Origin: an uncultured delta proteobacterium
GTDB taxonomy: Bacteria > Desulfobacterota > BSN033 > UBA1163
Reading direction: 5' to 3'
Length of the DNA: 64,000 bases
NCBI GenBank assembly: GCA_963827685.1
Contig: CAWHBU010000002.1
Span: forward strand, 96,001 to 160,000
Shown here: positions 60,519 through 64,000 of the stretch, one piece after another
Layout of the letters: each line of letters begins with the position of its first letter
Position numbering within the stretch: position 1 is the stretch's first letter
The notes under the pieces: generated by a model
What the model saw: the letters and a program-made list of their open reading frames with translations, nothing else
Database searches by the model: none
Told to the model about the DNA's origin: nothing
Translations under genes and position numbers: made by a program

Positions 60519-61247
60519 ATGAATACAGTTATTGAACTTTGTGATGTAACAAAGAAATTTGGCGGATTGATAGCTCTCAATAAAATAAACATTTTACTGG
60601 AAAAGGGCGAAATATTGGGACTGATTGGCCCAAATGGTGCGGGTAAGTCAACTATATTCAACATGATTTGCAATGTTTATAAGCCTGATGAAGGAAAAAT
60701 TATGATTAGTGGGAAAAATTATCAAAATTATACTCCCGATAGGATCTGTCGCCTAGGTATCGGTAGAACGTTTCAAATAGTTAAACCTTTTGGTAACCTT
60801 ACCGTTCTAAAAAATGTTATGGTGGGAGGATTCTGTAACCTCAGTTCTGAAACAGAAGCAAAGGAACATGCCCTTGAGATACTAGAATTTGTTGGACTTT
60901 ATACAAAAAAAGACAATTTGGCTTATGAGTTACCTGTGGCTAGTCTTAAGAGATTAGAATTGGCGCGAACGCTCGCGACGAATCCTAACATCATCTTACT
61001 TGATGAAGTGATGGCAGGTTTAAATCCCGCGGAGATTGAGCAAATAATTATGCTGATTAAGAAGATGAACGATTCCGGTTGTACACTCTTGGTTATTGAA
61101 CACGTAATGAAGGCCATCATGTCGATATCAGACCGCATAATAGCTCTAAATTTTGGCACAAAAATATTCGAGGGTACCCCAAGGGAGGCTGCTTCGGACG
61201 AAAATGTTGTTAGAGCCTATTTGGGTGGGGAATATGCAATTAATTGA
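60519..61247 (+). CDS. livG: ABC ATP-binding protein (LivG-like)
   Basis: FGGLIAL, GPNGAGKST, GIGRTFQ, LLDEVMAGLN, AYLG. Confidence 0.9.
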   Translation: MNTVIELCDVTKKFGGLIALNKINILLEKGEILGLIGPNGAGKSTIFNMICNVYKPDEGKIMISGKNYQNYTPDRICRLGIGRTFQIVKPFGNLTVLKNVMVGGFCNLSSETEAKEHALEILEFVGLYTKKDNLAYELPVASLKRLELARTLATNPNIILLDEVMAGLNPAEIEQIIMLIKKMNDSGCTLLVIEHVMKAIMSISDRIIALNFGTKIFEGTPREAASDENVVRAYLGGEYAIN

Positions 61248-61947
61248 AATTGTAGAGATCAATGTTTTTTATGGCGATGTTCAAGTGATTTGGGACCTCT
61301 CCATGGCTATTTCTAAAGGCGAAATTATAAGTATCGTTGGCTCAAATGGTGCTGGGAAAACCACTATATTAAAAACCATATCGGGTCTGTTGCGTCCAAG
61401 ATCTGGTGAGATCAAATATAAAGGGCAAAACGTATTAAGCATTTTGCCCTCTGATCTAGTTGCGATAGGAGTTGCGCATATTCCGGAGAGACGGAGGCTT
61501 TTTCCAGACCTTACAACCCTTGACAATCTGGAACTCGGAGCTTACACGAGAAAGGCAAGAGTGAAGAAAAATAAAAATTTGGGAAAAGTACTCGATCTCT
61601 TTCCTATCTTAGAAAAGAGGAAAAAACAAGATGCTGGAACCTTGAGTGGCGGTGAACAACAAATGTTGGCTATCGCTCGAGGATTGATGGCCGAACCAGA
61701 GGTTCTCATGTTAGATGAACCTTCACTTGGACTGGCACCCTTGATTACAAAGGAAATTTTCGGAATCATTGAGCAGATAAACAAGAACGAGGGCGTGACA
61801 ATCATGGTAGTTGATCAGAATGTCACAAATGCTCTCCGTATTGCAGACCGAGGATATATCCTGGAGAACGGAAGAATTGCTAATGAGGGAGAATGTTCAG
61901 TTCTTTTGAAAAACGAACAGTTGAAAAAGGCTTATCTTGGCACTTGA
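61234..61947 (+). CDS. livF: ABC ATP-binding protein (LivF-like)
   Basis: GSNGAGKTT, LSGGEQQMLA, LDEPSLGLAP, KAYLG. Confidence 0.9.
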   Translation: MQLIEIVEINVFYGDVQVIWDLSMAISKGEIISIVGSNGAGKTTILKTISGLLRPRSGEIKYKGQNVLSILPSDLVAIGVAHIPERRRLFPDLTTLDNLELGAYTRKARVKKNKNLGKVLDLFPILEKRKKQDAGTLSGGEQQMLAIARGLMAEPEVLMLDEPSLGLAPLITKEIFGIIEQINKNEGVTIMVVDQNVTNALRIADRGYILENGRIANEGECSVLLKNEQLKKAYLGT

Positions 61948-62117
61948 TAGCTTTTCCTGTAAATGGTTCGATTATGGTTATCGGTAGATTGGGTTAATGG
62001 TGGAATTAAAGGTTTATGAGAAAATATTTTATAGAATGGGGGAGGAGGTGAGAAATAGGTGCAGTAGTAGGTGTACAAAGAAAAAGAGGATTTAAATTAT
62101 ACGTGGAGGCAAAACAT

Positions 62118-63371
62118 ATGAAAACAAGGCGATACACAAAACAGATTCGTTATGGCATTGCGTTCTTTGCACTCACATTTTTCCTGACTATGGGTATTCG
62201 TACAACGCCACCGAGTATTTGTGCCGAAGAAAAAGTCGTAAAAATTGGTGTCTTACTTCCTATGAGCGGGTTTCTTGCCACCACTGGGGAATGGACCCAT
62301 AATGGAATTAGTTTGGCAGTGGACGACATAAATGATGCGGGCGGTATCAAGTCAATGGGTGGGGCGAGGATAAAGATTATCGTCACAGATAGTAAAGGGA
62401 ATCCCGATGTTGCCATGGCTGAAGCAGAAAGGCTGATTTTGAGAGAAAAAGTTTGTACCATTATAGGAGCTTACCAGAGTTCAACTACTTTTACCTCCTC
62501 TAACATTTCAGAAAAGTACAAGGTACCTTATATGGTGGCCACTGCTGTGAAGAACGAGATCACCGGAAGGGAGGGATTTAAGTACGTTTTTCGTCACACT
62601 GGTAATATTACCTTTAATGCGGCGACTATGGCGAAGTCGTTTTATGAAGTTGCCACAGAGATAGGGTATAAGCTTCAGACTGCTGCAGTCATAGGAGAAA
62701 ACACTGACTTCGGGCAAGGGGCGGAACAAGTTCTGAAGAGGGTATTACCGGAGCTAGGTATAAGAATTGTAATGGTAGAAAGCTACCCATTGACTATCTC
62801 GGATGTTTCCCCAATCATAACTAAGCTGAAGAATGCAAACCCTGATGTTGTTTTCATAACTGGGTATGTGGCCGATACAATTCTTATAGTGAAAACAGCG
62901 GCTGCCTTGAAATTTAAGGTTCCATTTGTTTCATCAGGAGGTGAGAACAACCCAACTTTTCTCAAATCAGTTGGGAACTCAGCTGACTACAATTTTGTGC
63001 GAGGGACTTTTAATAGGGAATTGGCAAGAACAAGGCCTGAACTGAGGGCCATTGTGGATCGATATGAAAAAAAGTTTGGGCTGAAATTGACCACGGAAAC
63101 TGCAGACAACTATGTAACCACCTGGATATTGAAGGATGCTTTAGAAAGAGCCAAGAGCACTGATCCAGAAAAGTTGCGGGAGGCTTTAGCGAAAACAGAT
63201 ATTCCAGCTGGCCAACCGTGGATGATTCAGATGAACGATCGTATTACATTTGATGCTAATGGCCAAAATCCAAGGCCCCCATATATTTTAGTGCAATATC
63301 GAAATGCTGGAGAAAGTGTGGTTTGGCCAAAAAAATATAGACAACTTAAGCCTGTGTTGCCAAAACCGTAA
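62118..63371 (+). CDS. ABC substrate-binding protein (LivK/PBP1 family)
   Basis: Signal peptide, VKIGVLLPMSG, INDAGGIKSMGGA, IGAYQS, DFG. Confidence 0.88.
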   Translation: MKTRRYTKQIRYGIAFFALTFFLTMGIRTTPPSICAEEKVVKIGVLLPMSGFLATTGEWTHNGISLAVDDINDAGGIKSMGGARIKIIVTDSKGNPDVAMAEAERLILREKVCTIIGAYQSSTTFTSSNISEKYKVPYMVATAVKNEITGREGFKYVFRHTGNITFNAATMAKSFYEVATEIGYKLQTAAVIGENTDFGQGAEQVLKRVLPELGIRIVMVESYPLTISDVSPIITKLKNANPDVVFITGYVADTILIVKTAAALKFKVPFVSSGGENNPTFLKSVGNSADYNFVRGTFNRELARTRPELRAIVDRYEKKFGLKLTTETADNYVTTWILKDALERAKSTDPEKLREALAKTDIPAGQPWMIQMNDRITFDANGQNPRPPYILVQYRNAGESVVWPKKYRQLKPVLPKP

Positions 63372-63579
63372 CATTCTCAAAGTGAAAGGTACTTTCTTAT
63401 GAAGGTTAATCTTCTGCAGTATCGCTTAAGGAGAGCGAAGATCAGCGATATGTTATGTCGGACTTAAGGTTTACCAATTGTATAATTTCCGGCGAAGTCG
63501 GAATCTGCAGAAATAGGCAAGAGTGAGCTTAGGGATGACCGATTTCCCCCTTGCATAGAGAAGCACATAGGAGGAAAAG

Positions 63580-64000
63580 ATGAAGCTAGATTGCATAATA
63601 AAGAATGGGAATTTGGTCATTCCTAAGCAAGGAATTATGGAGGGATCGATAGGAATTAAAGACGAAAAAATTACAACGATAGCAACAAGCCTGGATTTCG
63701 CAGCTGCAAAGGAGGTGATTGATGCTAAGGGAAACTATGTGTTGCCCGGGCTCATTGAGCCTCATGCTCACTTTGGGATTGGGTCACAGCTGGACGAAGA
63801 TTTTTTAACAGAAACAAGGTCGGCTGCCACTGGTGGTATAACCACGATTCTTACCTACTATCGACAAAAAGAACCTTATGAAGATGTTTTTTATAAAATT
63901 ATAACTCTCGGAGAGGAAAGATCATATATCGATTTCTCAATACACCTAGGCGTTTCATCGGAGGAACATATAAAAAGTATACCAAAATATATAAATGACT
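63580..64000 (+). CDS. Cyclic amidohydrolase (allantoinase/dihydropyrimidinase/dihydroorotase family), 5' part
   Basis: Not in ORF track. RBS AGGAGG; MKLDCIIKNG...IDAKGNYVLPGLIEPHAH...TETRSAATGGITTI; runs off the window. Confidence 0.88.
   Translation, partial: MKLDCIIKNGNLVIPKQGIMEGSIGIKDEKITTIATSLDFAAAKEVIDAKGNYVLPGLIEPHAHFGIGSQLDEDFLTETRSAATGGITTILTYYRQKEPYEDVFYKIITLGEERSYIDFSIHLGVSSEEHIKSIPKYIND

Overview
Bacterial chromosomal window that reads as an anaerobic Deltaproteobacterium/Desulfobacterota-like genome. This is an inference from the gene order ftsH-folP-glmM-pdxJ-acpS-nnr-tsaE-lysC-cimA-comEA, the sigma-54 signalling genes and a multiheme cytochrome. It holds housekeeping genes (trpS, pfkA, purH, purD, leuB, nadE), an octaheme HAO-family cytochrome near a quinol-dependent NO reductase, an IS200-type element, two near-identical IS630 copies, a vapBC pair, and an AT-rich catabolic island from ~54.2 kb (GntR, FdrA, DUF1116, Liv-type ABC transporter, cyclic amidohydrolase). 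Signals the ORF track does not explain: (1) an in-frame UGA with a SECIS-like hairpin that makes the C-GCAxxG-C-C gene a probable selenoprotein; (2) a GAF-ANTAR gene followed by a leader with three ANTAR-type hairpins and two tandem terminators ahead of a glutamate-synthase-family gene, with a closely paralogous GAF domain on a neighbouring histidine kinase; (3) a hierarchy of tiny intergenic palindromic elements, in which CCTGCC...GGCAGG units sit without target duplication inside heptamer-periodic inverted repeats, other palindromes and each other; (4) two candidate structured RNAs. Four genes carry single frameshifts that map to short palindromes and are probably sequencing artefacts. No rRNA, tRNA or CRISPR array was recognised. 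All calls are by eye; no database searches were run.
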